40,432 nucleotides of DNA from Alphaproteobacteria bacterium. GTDB lineage: Bacteria; Pseudomonadota; Alphaproteobacteria; Rs-D84. This document shows positions 1-8,976 of the stretch, one piece after another. The notes beneath the pieces are model-generated. The model was not told the origin of the DNA. It ran no database searches and saw only the letters and a program-made list of their open reading frames with translations. Within the stretch, counting starts at the first letter, position 1, and each line of letters begins with the position of its first letter. Both the position numbers and the translations under genes were made by a program. The stretch is from assembly GCA_017554365.1 (NCBI GenBank), contig JAFZIM010000049.1:1-40432 (forward strand), read 5' to 3'.

Positions 1-375
1 ACCGATTATAAAAGCCAAAGGCATTCTTTCATAATTCGAAGATTTTTTGAATAAATAATAAAATAAATAACAAATTATAAATGCTGTTAAAATACTTAAA
101 ATTATTGGCATTACACTATTGAAAGCCGAAAATGAAACACCCTTGTTCCAAACGAATTGAATGTTAAATAAATAAGACAATCCATAATCGCCACCAATCA
201 AATATTTCCAATTAACGAAAACACCTTCTATGTGGCATTTTGCACATATTGTATTTGGGTCATAAACCATATTCCCATATTTTGCAGCCAAGAAAGAAAG
301 CAAGCCAGCTTTTGATATAAAATCAATAATAAATACAGATATAATAATTGCTATATATTTAAAAAACTTTTTCAT
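1..375 (-). CDS. lspA: Lipoprotein signal peptidase II (5' part; runs off window start)
   Basis: Not in the ORF track. Manual translation from ATG at 375: MKKFFKYIAIIISVFIIDFISK...FNIQFVWNKGVSFS...PLAFIIG, matching the LspA D-x-x-S/T-K, WN-x-G-x-x-FS and IIGG(ALGN) motifs. Confidence 0.9.
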   Translation of the reverse strand, partial: MKKFFKYIAIIISVFIIDFISKAGLLSFLAAKYGNMVYDPNTICAKCHIEGVFVNWKYLIGGDYGLSYLFNIQFVWNKGVSFSAFNSVMPIILSILTAFIICYLFYYLFKKSSNYERMPLAFIIG

Positions 376-432
376 ATATGAAACCCTTTTCCAAAATATA
401 GCAATTAGATATGATAAAATCAAATATTATAT

Positions 433-2136
433 CTATCTTATATCAATTGGTTTTTTCACATTTTCATAATTATTAGAACGCAAATGTTCTACTAATTTAT
501 TAATCTTGTTTTCTGATAATCCCAATCCGTACATAACATTTGCACCAATTATGAACGAAGATTCTATGATTTCAGGCGTTGCTAATTTCACACCCATTTT
601 AACCAATTGTCTTGATGTCTGTAAACTATGTGCGCGAGCAAATATTTTAACATTTGACGACATTGAATGTAATGTTTGAACAATATCAACAGCAACGGCT
701 TCATCATTCAAAGCAATAACTACTGCACGCGTTTTTTTGGCTTTAAAACCTGCTTCTAATAAAATTGTTTTACGTCTTGATTCACCATAAATGACATTAT
801 AGCCCTTTTCACGTGCCATAACGACTTCATCAACATTACCATCAATTGCGACATAACTTATATTTTCTGTTTCGAGCATTTGTGCGACAATTTGCCCCAT
901 ACGACCAAAACCGCAAATTATAACTTCTGGAACAGATTCTATTATAGGTTCTGATATTTTTTTATCATTAGTTCCACGGAATATTTTTCCAGTTTTAATT
1001 AATTGATCGTGTATCAACAATAATATTGGCGTCATCATAATAGATACAATTATTATCGCTGTTAATATTTCTTGATGTTCAGCAGGAATTGCTGTAATTC
1101 CATTTATTTTCATAGTTTGTAAAATCAACAAACCAAATTCACCACCTTGAGCCAAAATCAAAGACATCAAAGTTGCTTCCTTTACGTCCATATTACGAAC
1201 ACGCGCCACAATAAACAAAGCAAAGAATTTAATAATAACTAAACCTATGACTCCGACCAAAACCATTATCCAATGGTCTGCCAAAAATGGTAAATTTATT
1301 CCCATTCCCAACACGATAAAGAAAAACGCCAAGAATAAAATTGCATAAGGTTCTATAACTGCATTTACTTGATGTCTATATATTGTTTCAGACATTAACA
1401 TACCAGCCAAGAATGCCCCCAATGCAGGTGGTAATCCCATTATTTGTAATATTGCTGCCCATATTGCAATATTTACCATTATAGCCAACACGAAAACTTC
1501 ATGAGATTGTAATTTTGCAACAACACGCATCAATGGGTTAATTAAAAATTTAGACACAATAACAACGCCCAATATTAATCCAACAGACATAACTAAAACA
1601 TCTATGGCTGACGCACCAAGGTTTATAGATTTTCCAGCCATAATAGGCAACATAGCAAGTAATGGAATTGATAATAAATCTTGGAATAACAATATAGAAA
1701 AAGTTTGACGTCCCATATTTGTTTGTAATTGGTTTTTATCCACCAAAATTTGTAAATCTTCAGATGTGCTGGACATGGCTAAAATCAAAGACATCATTAT
1801 TGTTGCCATCAAAGACCATGTTGTAATTCCTGTTAATATTGGAAATAACATTACTGCGACCATTAAAACCTGAGATGCCCCAAGTCCGAATATAGTTTTT
1901 CTTAATTGCCACAATCTTCGCATATTAATTTGCAAACCGATATTGAACCAAAGGAACATTATTCCCAAATCACCCAAAAAATTCCAAGTTCCAGATAATC
2001 CAAATAACCCAAAGACATGTTGACCTGCTAAAATACCTGTTAACAAAAATGCCAACAAAGTTCCCATTTTAACTAGACGCATAAAAAACACTGCAACAAA
2101 AGCGATTGCAAAAAATATAAGTGTAGCTGTTGACAT
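433..2136 (-). CDS. CPA2-family cation:proton antiporter (KefB/KefC-like) with C-terminal TrkA-N/KTN domain
   Basis: Many TM helices, LLFQDL, LGAFLAG and LAQGGEFG motifs; C-terminal IICGFGRMG nucleotide-binding motif. Confidence 0.92.
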   Translation of the reverse strand: MSTATLIFFAIAFVAVFFMRLVKMGTLLAFLLTGILAGQHVFGLFGLSGTWNFLGDLGIMFLWFNIGLQINMRRLWQLRKTIFGLGASQVLMVAVMLFPILTGITTWSLMATIMMSLILAMSSTSEDLQILVDKNQLQTNMGRQTFSILLFQDLLSIPLLAMLPIMAGKSINLGASAIDVLVMSVGLILGVVIVSKFLINPLMRVVAKLQSHEVFVLAIMVNIAIWAAILQIMGLPPALGAFLAGMLMSETIYRHQVNAVIEPYAILFLAFFFIVLGMGINLPFLADHWIMVLVGVIGLVIIKFFALFIVARVRNMDVKEATLMSLILAQGGEFGLLILQTMKINGITAIPAEHQEILTAIIIVSIMMTPILLLIHDQLIKTGKIFRGTNDKKISEPIIESVPEVIICGFGRMGQIVAQMLETENISYVAIDGNVDEVVMAREKGYNVIYGESRRKTILLEAGFKAKKTRAVVIALNDEAVAVDIVQTLHSMSSNVKIFARAHSLQTSRQLVKMGVKLATPEIIESSFIIGANVMYGLGLSENKINKLVEHLRSNNYENVKKPIDIR

Positions 2137-2165
2137 TGTTTTCTCTCTCCCTCTCTTTCGTTATA

Positions 2166-2999
2166 TTATAACAAATTTATATCAATATTTCTTGATATTT
2201 TTAAAAATAATTCTGGTGATATTTCTTCTGCCCTTTCCATACCAGTTAAACCAAATTTTTCCCAATCTGTTTTTATAATTCCGCGTATCATTTTTCTTCT
2301 TTGGCCGAATAATTTCGCAGTTAATTTTTCTAAATTTGCAATATTGGTAATTTGTTTAATTTTATTTTTATTTGGAATTATTTGAACAACCGCAGATTGA
2401 ACTTTCGGTCTTGGAACAAATGCAGTATTTGGAACATCAAATAATATTTTTGTATCTGCAATTAAATTCGCTAATACCGCCAAACGTCCATATTGTTTAT
2501 CGCCGACATCAGCAGTAATTCTTTCTGCTACTTCCTTTTGAAACATACATGTCAAAGATTTAATATTTGCACCATCTGCAATTTGATGCAACCAACCAAT
2601 TAATAATTCCGTACCAACATTATAAGGTAAATTTGCACAAATTGCATAACCACTTTTATTCATATCTGACAAATCTGTTTTCAACGCATCACCAAATATA
2701 ACATTTAATCTTCCATCAGAAGCGTCCATAATCTGAGATAAAATTGGTTCTGTTGTTTTATCCTTTTCTATGGCGACTAATTTTTTAGCCCCAGCCATTA
2801 AAATAGCACGTGTTAAACCACCAGGCCCAGGCCCAACTTCTACAACATCTGTATTTTCTATATCAGGGACACTTTTTGCGATTTTCAAAGTTAAATTTAA
2901 ATCAAAAAGAAAATTTTGACCGAATTGTTTTTTTGGTTCAAGGCCTGAATTTCGCATCATTTCAGATACAGGTGGCAAATTCATAATTTTATCAGTCAT
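2166..2999 (-). CDS. rsmA: 16S rRNA m6,2A1518/1519 dimethyltransferase
   Basis: KKQFGQNFL, EVGPGPGGLT, ANLPYNV, MFQKEVAERI, FVPRPKVQS motifs. Confidence 0.97.
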   Translation of the reverse strand: MTDKIMNLPPVSEMMRNSGLEPKKQFGQNFLFDLNLTLKIAKSVPDIENTDVVEVGPGPGGLTRAILMAGAKKLVAIEKDKTTEPILSQIMDASDGRLNVIFGDALKTDLSDMNKSGYAICANLPYNVGTELLIGWLHQIADGANIKSLTCMFQKEVAERITADVGDKQYGRLAVLANLIADTKILFDVPNTAFVPRPKVQSAVVQIIPNKNKIKQITNIANLEKLTAKLFGQRRKMIRGIIKTDWEKFGLTGMERAEEISPELFLKISRNIDINLL

Positions 3000-3586
3000 A
3001 ATTTCTTTCTTCCCCCGAATGCCAAAGTTAATGTTCCATCATCAATATAATCTAAATCACCACCCAAAGGAACGCCTGATGCCAATTCAGAAAATACAAT
3101 ATTATCACCATGTATTATAGACATTATATATTGTTGGGTTGTTTTACCTTCGATAGTATTAGGCAAAGCAAATATTATTTCTGATATGTGTTCTGTGCTT
3201 ATTCTGTCTTTGATACCATTGATATTTAAATCATCTGGTGTAATACCAGCAACCCCAGATAAATTTCCACCCAAAACATGATAACGACCATGAAAAACGC
3301 CTGATTTTTCAAGCACCAACACATCAGATAAATCACGAACTATGCATAATTGTCCGTTATTACGTGTCGAATCAGAACAATATTCACAAACATTTCCGTC
3401 TGTTAACACACCGCATATCGGGCAAGAATGTATAGAAGAAATCGCATCAGATAATGTATCTGCTAAAATTTGTGCTTTGCCATTTTTATCTTGTAATAAA
3501 TTTAAAACTATACGCGTTGCAGCGCGTGTCCCGACACGTGGTAATTTAGCAAATTGTTTAATAAGTTTTTCTATCTTGATATTCAT
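2996..3586 (-). CDS. recR: Recombination mediator RecR
   Basis: HhH LPRVGTRAA, C4 zinc finger CPIC..CEYC, YHVLGG, GVPLGGDLDYID; 4-nt overlap with rsmA. Confidence 0.97.
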   Translation of the reverse strand: MNIKIEKLIKQFAKLPRVGTRAATRIVLNLLQDKNGKAQILADTLSDAISSIHSCPICGVLTDGNVCEYCSDSTRNNGQLCIVRDLSDVLVLEKSGVFHGRYHVLGGNLSGVAGITPDDLNINGIKDRISTEHISEIIFALPNTIEGKTTQQYIMSIIHGDNIVFSELASGVPLGGDLDYIDDGTLTLAFGGRKKL

Positions 3587-3595
3587 AATTTCTCT

Positions 3596-4744
3596 TTAAT
3601 GAAATATATATGTTTCTATGCCTTGCATTCCAGCATCATTTTTTAATTTTCTTGCCATGTCATCTGTAATTCCATTTACACGTACACGATATAAATTATC
3701 ATCACCATGTTCTATAACAGGAACAATATTCAATAAACTTTTAACCTTGGTCGTCATATTTTGTGCCGCAGTATATGAATAAAAAGCCCCAAATTGTATT
3801 CCAGAATTTCCTTTGGCATAATGTGAAGTTTCACGAATTTCATCTTCACCATAAACAGGTTCATGATGCCAATTTTCGCTTTTATCTTGGGCATATCGTG
3901 TTATAGGTGTATTTTGTTTAACTATTGGTTTTGTTTGTACATTTTGCACATTTTGATTATTAGCAAAACCAATATTTAGCATTTTTGTTGCAATATTTGC
4001 ACGAACATCTTTATTTTCTGCACCCAATACAACAGCCATTAAATGTGTCCTATTTCTTTTTGCTGTTGCAACCAAAGAATATTTAGATTTATTTGTAAAG
4101 CCAGTTTTCATACCATCGCAACCAGGGTATGTTCCCAACAACCTATTTCCATTGGTATATGTTTTCCCATTATAAGTCCATGTTTTAATTCCAAAATATT
4201 TCCAATATTCTGGAAAATGTTTATATACCGCCATTGATAACAAAGCAATATCACGCGCAGTAGATAAATGGTCGTCATTTGGCAACCCTGAAGAATTTTC
4301 AAAATTAGTATTTTTCAAACCTATTTCTGTGGCAACATCAGTCATCATATTTGCAAAACTACCTTCTTTGCCACCCTTTAAATTTTCTGCCAAAACACGC
4401 GCACCATCATTTGCAGACAAAACCGCAACCGCTTTGATTGCGTCTTCAACCTTTATCTTGCTACCCGCGGTCAGTCCCAATTTCACAGGTTGGGCTTCGG
4501 CTGCATATTTTGAAACAATTAAATAATCATCTAATTTTAATCTTTCGTGTCTTAATGCGTCAAAAGTCAAATACAATGTCATTATCTTGGTCAAAGACGC
4601 AGGATAATTTAATTGATTTGCATTTTCTTGATATAAAACAGCCCCAGAATCAATATCTGCAACCAATACAGCACGATAATCTTTGGCAAAAACGCCATTA
4701 ATCATCGCTAATAATGAAATGATAAAAATTAATACTCTCTTCAT
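3596..4744 (-). CDS. D-alanyl-D-alanine carboxypeptidase (peptidase S11) with C-terminal SPOR domain
   Basis: Signal peptide, PASLTK (SxxK), SAN (SxN), KTG, C-terminal IQFGAF...YRVRV. Start moved from 4756 to 4744 because the -10 box overlaps the upstream ATG. Confidence 0.93.
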   Translation of the reverse strand: MKRVLIFIISLLAMINGVFAKDYRAVLVADIDSGAVLYQENANQLNYPASLTKIMTLYLTFDALRHERLKLDDYLIVSKYAAEAQPVKLGLTAGSKIKVEDAIKAVAVLSANDGARVLAENLKGGKEGSFANMMTDVATEIGLKNTNFENSSGLPNDDHLSTARDIALLSMAVYKHFPEYWKYFGIKTWTYNGKTYTNGNRLLGTYPGCDGMKTGFTNKSKYSLVATAKRNRTHLMAVVLGAENKDVRANIATKMLNIGFANNQNVQNVQTKPIVKQNTPITRYAQDKSENWHHEPVYGEDEIRETSHYAKGNSGIQFGAFYSYTAAQNMTTKVKSLLNIVPVIEHGDDNLYRVRVNGITDDMARKLKNDAGMQGIETYIFH

Positions 4745-4751
4745 AGTGTAA

Positions 4752-4781
4752 ATCATAGTAAAAATACTATATTTCGGTCAA
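4752..4781 (-). promoter_or_regulatory. Sigma70-type promoter of the carboxypeptidase (leaderless)
   Basis: TTGACC (4781-4776), 18 nt, TATGAT (4757-4752), 7 nt, ATG at 4744; no SD. Confidence 0.6.
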
Positions 4782-4804
4782 TATAAAAAAAAGCCCTATT
4801 TTTA

Positions 4805-4832
4805 TTGACAATCAATATTTTCTATCTACAAT
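4805..4832 (+). promoter_or_regulatory. Sigma70-type promoter of the orphan membrane protein (leaderless)
   Basis: TTGACA (4805-4810), 16 nt, TACAAT (4827-4832), 7 nt, ATG at 4840. Confidence 0.6.
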
Positions 4833-4839
4833 GAATAAC

Positions 4840-5277
4840 ATGAAAAAAGACGAATTAAATTATAATTTAAATAAATCTCCAACGAATAAAGGGCTTGTTA
4901 TTGGTTCCGGGGCTGCTGTTATATTATCAACCATGCCTGAAATTATTGCACACCCAAAATCACCTTGTTGGATATTGATGTTATTTTCTGCTGGTCTTGG
5001 TATGGAAATATGGGGCAGATTAAAAGACCAAATGCAAACAAATGAAAATTTAATAAAAAAACATAAAATAAAAGATTATCAAAATCCTGCGGCTTGGGCT
5101 GCTAATTGTGGTTTATTTGCATCTGAAACAATCGCATGGTTGCCATCAGCCATTACTACACATAATTTATCTAGTATATTTGTTGTATTATTATCGGCTG
5201 GATTTTTAATTCCGTCTGTAAGACATTTAAAAAACATTATTGAAACCAATAAAAACCAAATTGATAAAATTCGATAA
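4840..5277 (+). CDS. Hypothetical membrane protein (about 4 TM segments, two similar hairpins)
   Basis: ORF with its own promoter and terminator; hydrophobic segments; no recognisable motif. Start at 4840 preferred over 4831. Confidence 0.7.
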   Translation: MKKDELNYNLNKSPTNKGLVIGSGAAVILSTMPEIIAHPKSPCWILMLFSAGLGMEIWGRLKDQMQTNENLIKKHKIKDYQNPAAWAANCGLFASETIAWLPSAITTHNLSSIFVVLLSAGFLIPSVRHLKNIIETNKNQIDKIR

Positions 5278-5303
5278 AAAAACGGGGCTTTCGCCCCATT
5301 TTT
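5276..5303. terminator. Bidirectional intrinsic terminator
   Basis: A-tract, GGGGC-TTTC-GCCCC, T-tract, between convergent genes. Confidence 0.8.
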
Positions 5304-6672
5304 AATTCAAAGTTCTTAAACTTACTTTATCATCATCAACTATGACTAATCGTCCGATACCTATGCCAAATTGACGAACAGCATTAAATGCGTCCCTTTG
5401 TCCGAATAAATATTCATCAAATATTGGGAACACACCGCGAACCAAACATAATTGATTTGCAACAAAAGATTCGCCACATACTGCAATAATTGGAATATCT
5501 GAACGACGACAAGATATTTGTATAACAGAATTTATATCACGCGCAAAAACAACTATGGCAGATACTTTGTTTAAATAAGCCATAGAAGAAATAGAACGCG
5601 ACCAATCATTTTCAGGCACATTATCTATACGCGACCAATCGTACGGATTAGCAACCGCATCAGCATCAGTAAAAGATAAAATCTTTTCCATTGTGTTTAT
5701 TACATTTACTGGATTATTGCCAATTGTTGTTTCTTCGGAAGTCATCGTGGCATCTACCCTTAAATAAGCGGCATTTGCGACATCTGAAACTTCTGCACGA
5801 GTTGGAAATTCTGAATCAACCATTGATGACAACATTTGAGTAGCCATAATCACAGGTCTGTTTAATTTTCTACATTCACGAATAATTTTTCTTGCGATTG
5901 CAGGGACTTGTTCAAAAGGCAATTCAACTGCTAAATCTCCACGTGCTATCATAATTCCATCGGCAGCCAGCGCAATATCAGTTATTCTTTCAACTGCATT
6001 CGGACGTTCTATTTTTGCTATTATTTTTATTGGGTGTGATGTTCTTTGCGCTATGAAATCGCGAACAAAGGCGATATCTTCTGCCCTTTGCACAAAAGAA
6101 ACGGCTATCCAATCAGGTTTTTTAGTTATTACATATTCAATATCTGCTTTATCTTTTGGGGTTAATATTTCTGTATTTATTTCTGTATCAGGTAAATTGA
6201 AACCTCGTCTTGACCAAATTTCATCGCCACGAATAACACTTGTTTCAACACTATCATCAAAAACAGCATCTACACGCAATTGTATTTTTCCATCATTTAA
6301 CAAAACATTATCGCCTATTTTCAAAGAATGAATAACATCTATATCTGGTAATTGCACCCTGTTTTCATTTCCAGGCGTCGGGTCAGAATCAAGTATAAAT
6401 TTCTGACCAATTTTCAAATGATAATGTTTTTCAGTTTCAAAATTACCTATTCTGTGTTTTGGCCCCTGAATATCAACTATTATTGCAACTGGCATACCCA
6501 ACTTTTCAGAAATAGAACGTATCATATCTATTTTAGCGCCCTGAATTTCGCCTGTGTCGTGGCTAAAATTCAACCGACAAACATTGACCCCAGATTTTAT
6601 CATTTCTGTTAAAACATCTGAATTTTCTGATTCTGGGCCTATGGACGCAATAATTTTTGTAAAACGTGTCAT
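5302..6672 (-). CDS. pyk: Pyruvate kinase
   Basis: TKIIASIGP, RLNFSH, DIQGPK, IAKIE, DGIMIARGDL, ATQMLSSM, PTRAEVSDVANA. Start MTRFTK at 6672 after a GAGAG SD. Confidence 0.97.
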   Translation of the reverse strand: MTRFTKIIASIGPESENSDVLTEMIKSGVNVCRLNFSHDTGEIQGAKIDMIRSISEKLGMPVAIIVDIQGPKHRIGNFETEKHYHLKIGQKFILDSDPTPGNENRVQLPDIDVIHSLKIGDNVLLNDGKIQLRVDAVFDDSVETSVIRGDEIWSRRGFNLPDTEINTEILTPKDKADIEYVITKKPDWIAVSFVQRAEDIAFVRDFIAQRTSHPIKIIAKIERPNAVERITDIALAADGIMIARGDLAVELPFEQVPAIARKIIRECRKLNRPVIMATQMLSSMVDSEFPTRAEVSDVANAAYLRVDATMTSEETTIGNNPVNVINTMEKILSFTDADAVANPYDWSRIDNVPENDWSRSISSMAYLNKVSAIVVFARDINSVIQISCRRSDIPIIAVCGESFVANQLCLVRGVFPIFDEYLFGQRDAFNAVRQFGIGIGRLVIVDDDKVSLRTLN

Positions 6673-6765
6673 TTGTATTCTCTCTCTTATAAAAACTTTC
6701 AAAAATATTTGATTTTTCTATTCTTTAATATATCATATTATTGACCTAAAAAAAAGAGGAAGGAT

Positions 6766-7014
6766 ATGAAAACAGAAAATCATGGTGCTTTAGATAACGA
6801 ACAATTATTAACAATTATTCAACGTATTGAAACATTGAATGATGACGCTGCTAATATTGCTAACGACATTAAAGAAGTTTATAAGGAAGCAAAATCAGCA
6901 GGATTTGATCCTAAATATATTCGTCAAATGATTAAATTGCGTAAAATGGACCCAGATGAATTAGATGAAACAGACGAATTAACAAAAATGTATCGTAATG
7001 CATTGGGTTTATAA
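6766..7014 (+). CDS. gapR: DUF2312 / GapR-like nucleoid-associated DNA-binding protein
   Basis: IIQRIETL...DIKEVYKEAKSAGFDPK..RQMIKLRKMD..E...Y..ALG pattern; strong SD (GAGGAAGGA). Confidence 0.88.
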   Translation: MKTENHGALDNEQLLTIIQRIETLNDDAANIANDIKEVYKEAKSAGFDPKYIRQMIKLRKMDPDELDETDELTKMYRNALGL

Positions 7015-7328
7015 TGAAAACATTTACTAAACGCAAAGAAGATTTTATATGTGCTAATTGTGGCACACACGTTGTGGGCAATGGATATACTAACCATTGC
7101 CCTAAATGTTTATGGTCTAAACATGTCGATAATAACCCAGGGGATAGATTATCAACCTGTGGCGGTATGATGAAACCAATAAGTGTTATAAGTGAAAAAG
7201 ACGGGTTTATAATCACACATAAATGTGAAAAGTGTGGAAAAACTATACGTCAACATTCTTCTGAAAATGATGATATAGAAACTATAATTTCAATATCATC
7301 AAATCCAGATTTTATTTTCGGTAAATAA
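7014..7328 (+). CDS. RNHCP-domain zinc-binding protein
   Basis: FICANCG, YTNHCPKCLWSKHVD..PGDR...CGG.M.P, HKCEKCG; TAATG coupling to the upstream gene. Confidence 0.9.
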   Translation: MKTFTKRKEDFICANCGTHVVGNGYTNHCPKCLWSKHVDNNPGDRLSTCGGMMKPISVISEKDGFIITHKCEKCGKTIRQHSSENDDIETIISISSNPDFIFGK

Positions 7329-8897
7329 TTATTTGTTTTTAGCAGCGTTTATAAACGCATTAAACATTGGATGTCCTTTGAATGGACTGCTTTGGAATTC
7401 AGGATGAAATTGCCCTGCTATAAAGAATTTATTAGCCGGAATTTCAATCATTTCAGGTAATTTACCATCAGGCGATACCCCAGAAATAATCATACCATTC
7501 TTTTCCAAAACATCTTTGTATTCAATATTGACTTCGTATCTATGGCGATGACGTTCAGATATTTCTGATGCGCCATAAATCTTTTCAGCCAATGTTCCTG
7601 ATTTGATAACACAAGGATAAGCACCCAATCTTAAAGTGCCACCCATATTTTCTTTATCACAATCACGCATAATGTCGATTACAGGAACGCAATTTTTAGA
7701 AAATTCTGTTGAATTAGCATTTGATTCACCGACAACATTTCGCATAAATTCTATGACCGCTACCTGCATACCTAAACAAATTCCCATAAATGGAATATCA
7801 TTTTCACGAGCATATTTAGCAGCGGCAATTTTACCATCAACACCACGTGTTCCAAAACCGCCAGGTATCAAAATTCCATCGACATCCGCACAATCTTCTG
7901 GTGTGAAAGTTTCTGCATCTATCTTTTTAATTTTTAAATGCACATTGTTTTGTACGCTGGCATGGAATAATGCTTCGTTCAAAGATTTATAAGCATCAGC
8001 AATATCAAAATATTTTCCGACAACACCTATTGTGCAAGTTGGCAAATCAGAATTCAAATGATGTTCTATCTTTTTAATCTTTGTCATATCACCAGCCGCT
8101 TCTGGTAATCCGAAATGTTGTGCCATAATGTTAAATACATCTTGTTCATCATAGACAAGTGGTATTTTATAAATGTTATCTACATTCATACTGGTAATAA
8201 CATTCTTTGCTGGCAAATTACAGAACATACCAATTTTTGCACGTTCATCAGGAGTCAACATTCTTGGTGAACGAACAAATAAAATATCTGCCTGAATACC
8301 ATTTTCCAATAATCTGCGGACAGACATTTGTGTTGGCTTAGTTTTTAATTCGCCACTTTGTTCCAAATATGGTGCCAATGCAAGATGTGCGAATAAAACA
8401 TTTCTGCGTCCAATATCATTTGCGAACTGACGTATAGATTCCAAGAATATTTTTTGTTCGATATCCCCAACCGTTCCACCAATTTCACAAATAACAAAAT
8501 CTGTATTCGTTGGCAAAGCGATATGTTCTTTAATTTTATTAGAAACATGTGGAATCATCTGAACGGTTGCCCCTAAATAATCGCCACGACGTTCAGCATT
8601 TAAAACTTCCCAATAAATACGTCCACCGGAACACGAATCATTTTTGGTTAATTGAATTCCCAAAAATCTTTCGTAATATCCCAAATCAAGGTCTGTTTCA
8701 AAACCATCATTTGTCACATAAACTTCACCATGTTGTAATGGAGACATAGTCCCAGGATCCACATTTAAATATGGGTCAAATTTACGAACATGAACACTAT
8801 AACCACGGGATTGAAGAAGGGCGCCCAACGATGCCGCTGAAACGCCCTTGCCTAAACTTGATACAACCCCACCTGTAATAAAAATATATTTAGCCAT
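7329..8897 (-). CDS. pyrG: CTP synthase
   Basis: ITGGVVSSLGKG, DPYLNVDPGTMSP, GICLGMQ, ERHRHRYE, QFHPEF. Confidence 0.98.
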   Translation of the reverse strand: MAKYIFITGGVVSSLGKGVSAASLGALLQSRGYSVHVRKFDPYLNVDPGTMSPLQHGEVYVTNDGFETDLDLGYYERFLGIQLTKNDSCSGGRIYWEVLNAERRGDYLGATVQMIPHVSNKIKEHIALPTNTDFVICEIGGTVGDIEQKIFLESIRQFANDIGRRNVLFAHLALAPYLEQSGELKTKPTQMSVRRLLENGIQADILFVRSPRMLTPDERAKIGMFCNLPAKNVITSMNVDNIYKIPLVYDEQDVFNIMAQHFGLPEAAGDMTKIKKIEHHLNSDLPTCTIGVVGKYFDIADAYKSLNEALFHASVQNNVHLKIKKIDAETFTPEDCADVDGILIPGGFGTRGVDGKIAAAKYARENDIPFMGICLGMQVAVIEFMRNVVGESNANSTEFSKNCVPVIDIMRDCDKENMGGTLRLGAYPCVIKSGTLAEKIYGASEISERHRHRYEVNIEYKDVLEKNGMIISGVSPDGKLPEMIEIPANKFFIAGQFHPEFQSSPFKGHPMFNAFINAAKNK

Positions 8898-8976
8898 AAG
8901 TATTTTCTCCTTATGTGAATTTATAATAGAAAATTATCGGTTGCGATGCAACAAAATAAAATTCTATAATCCAAAT

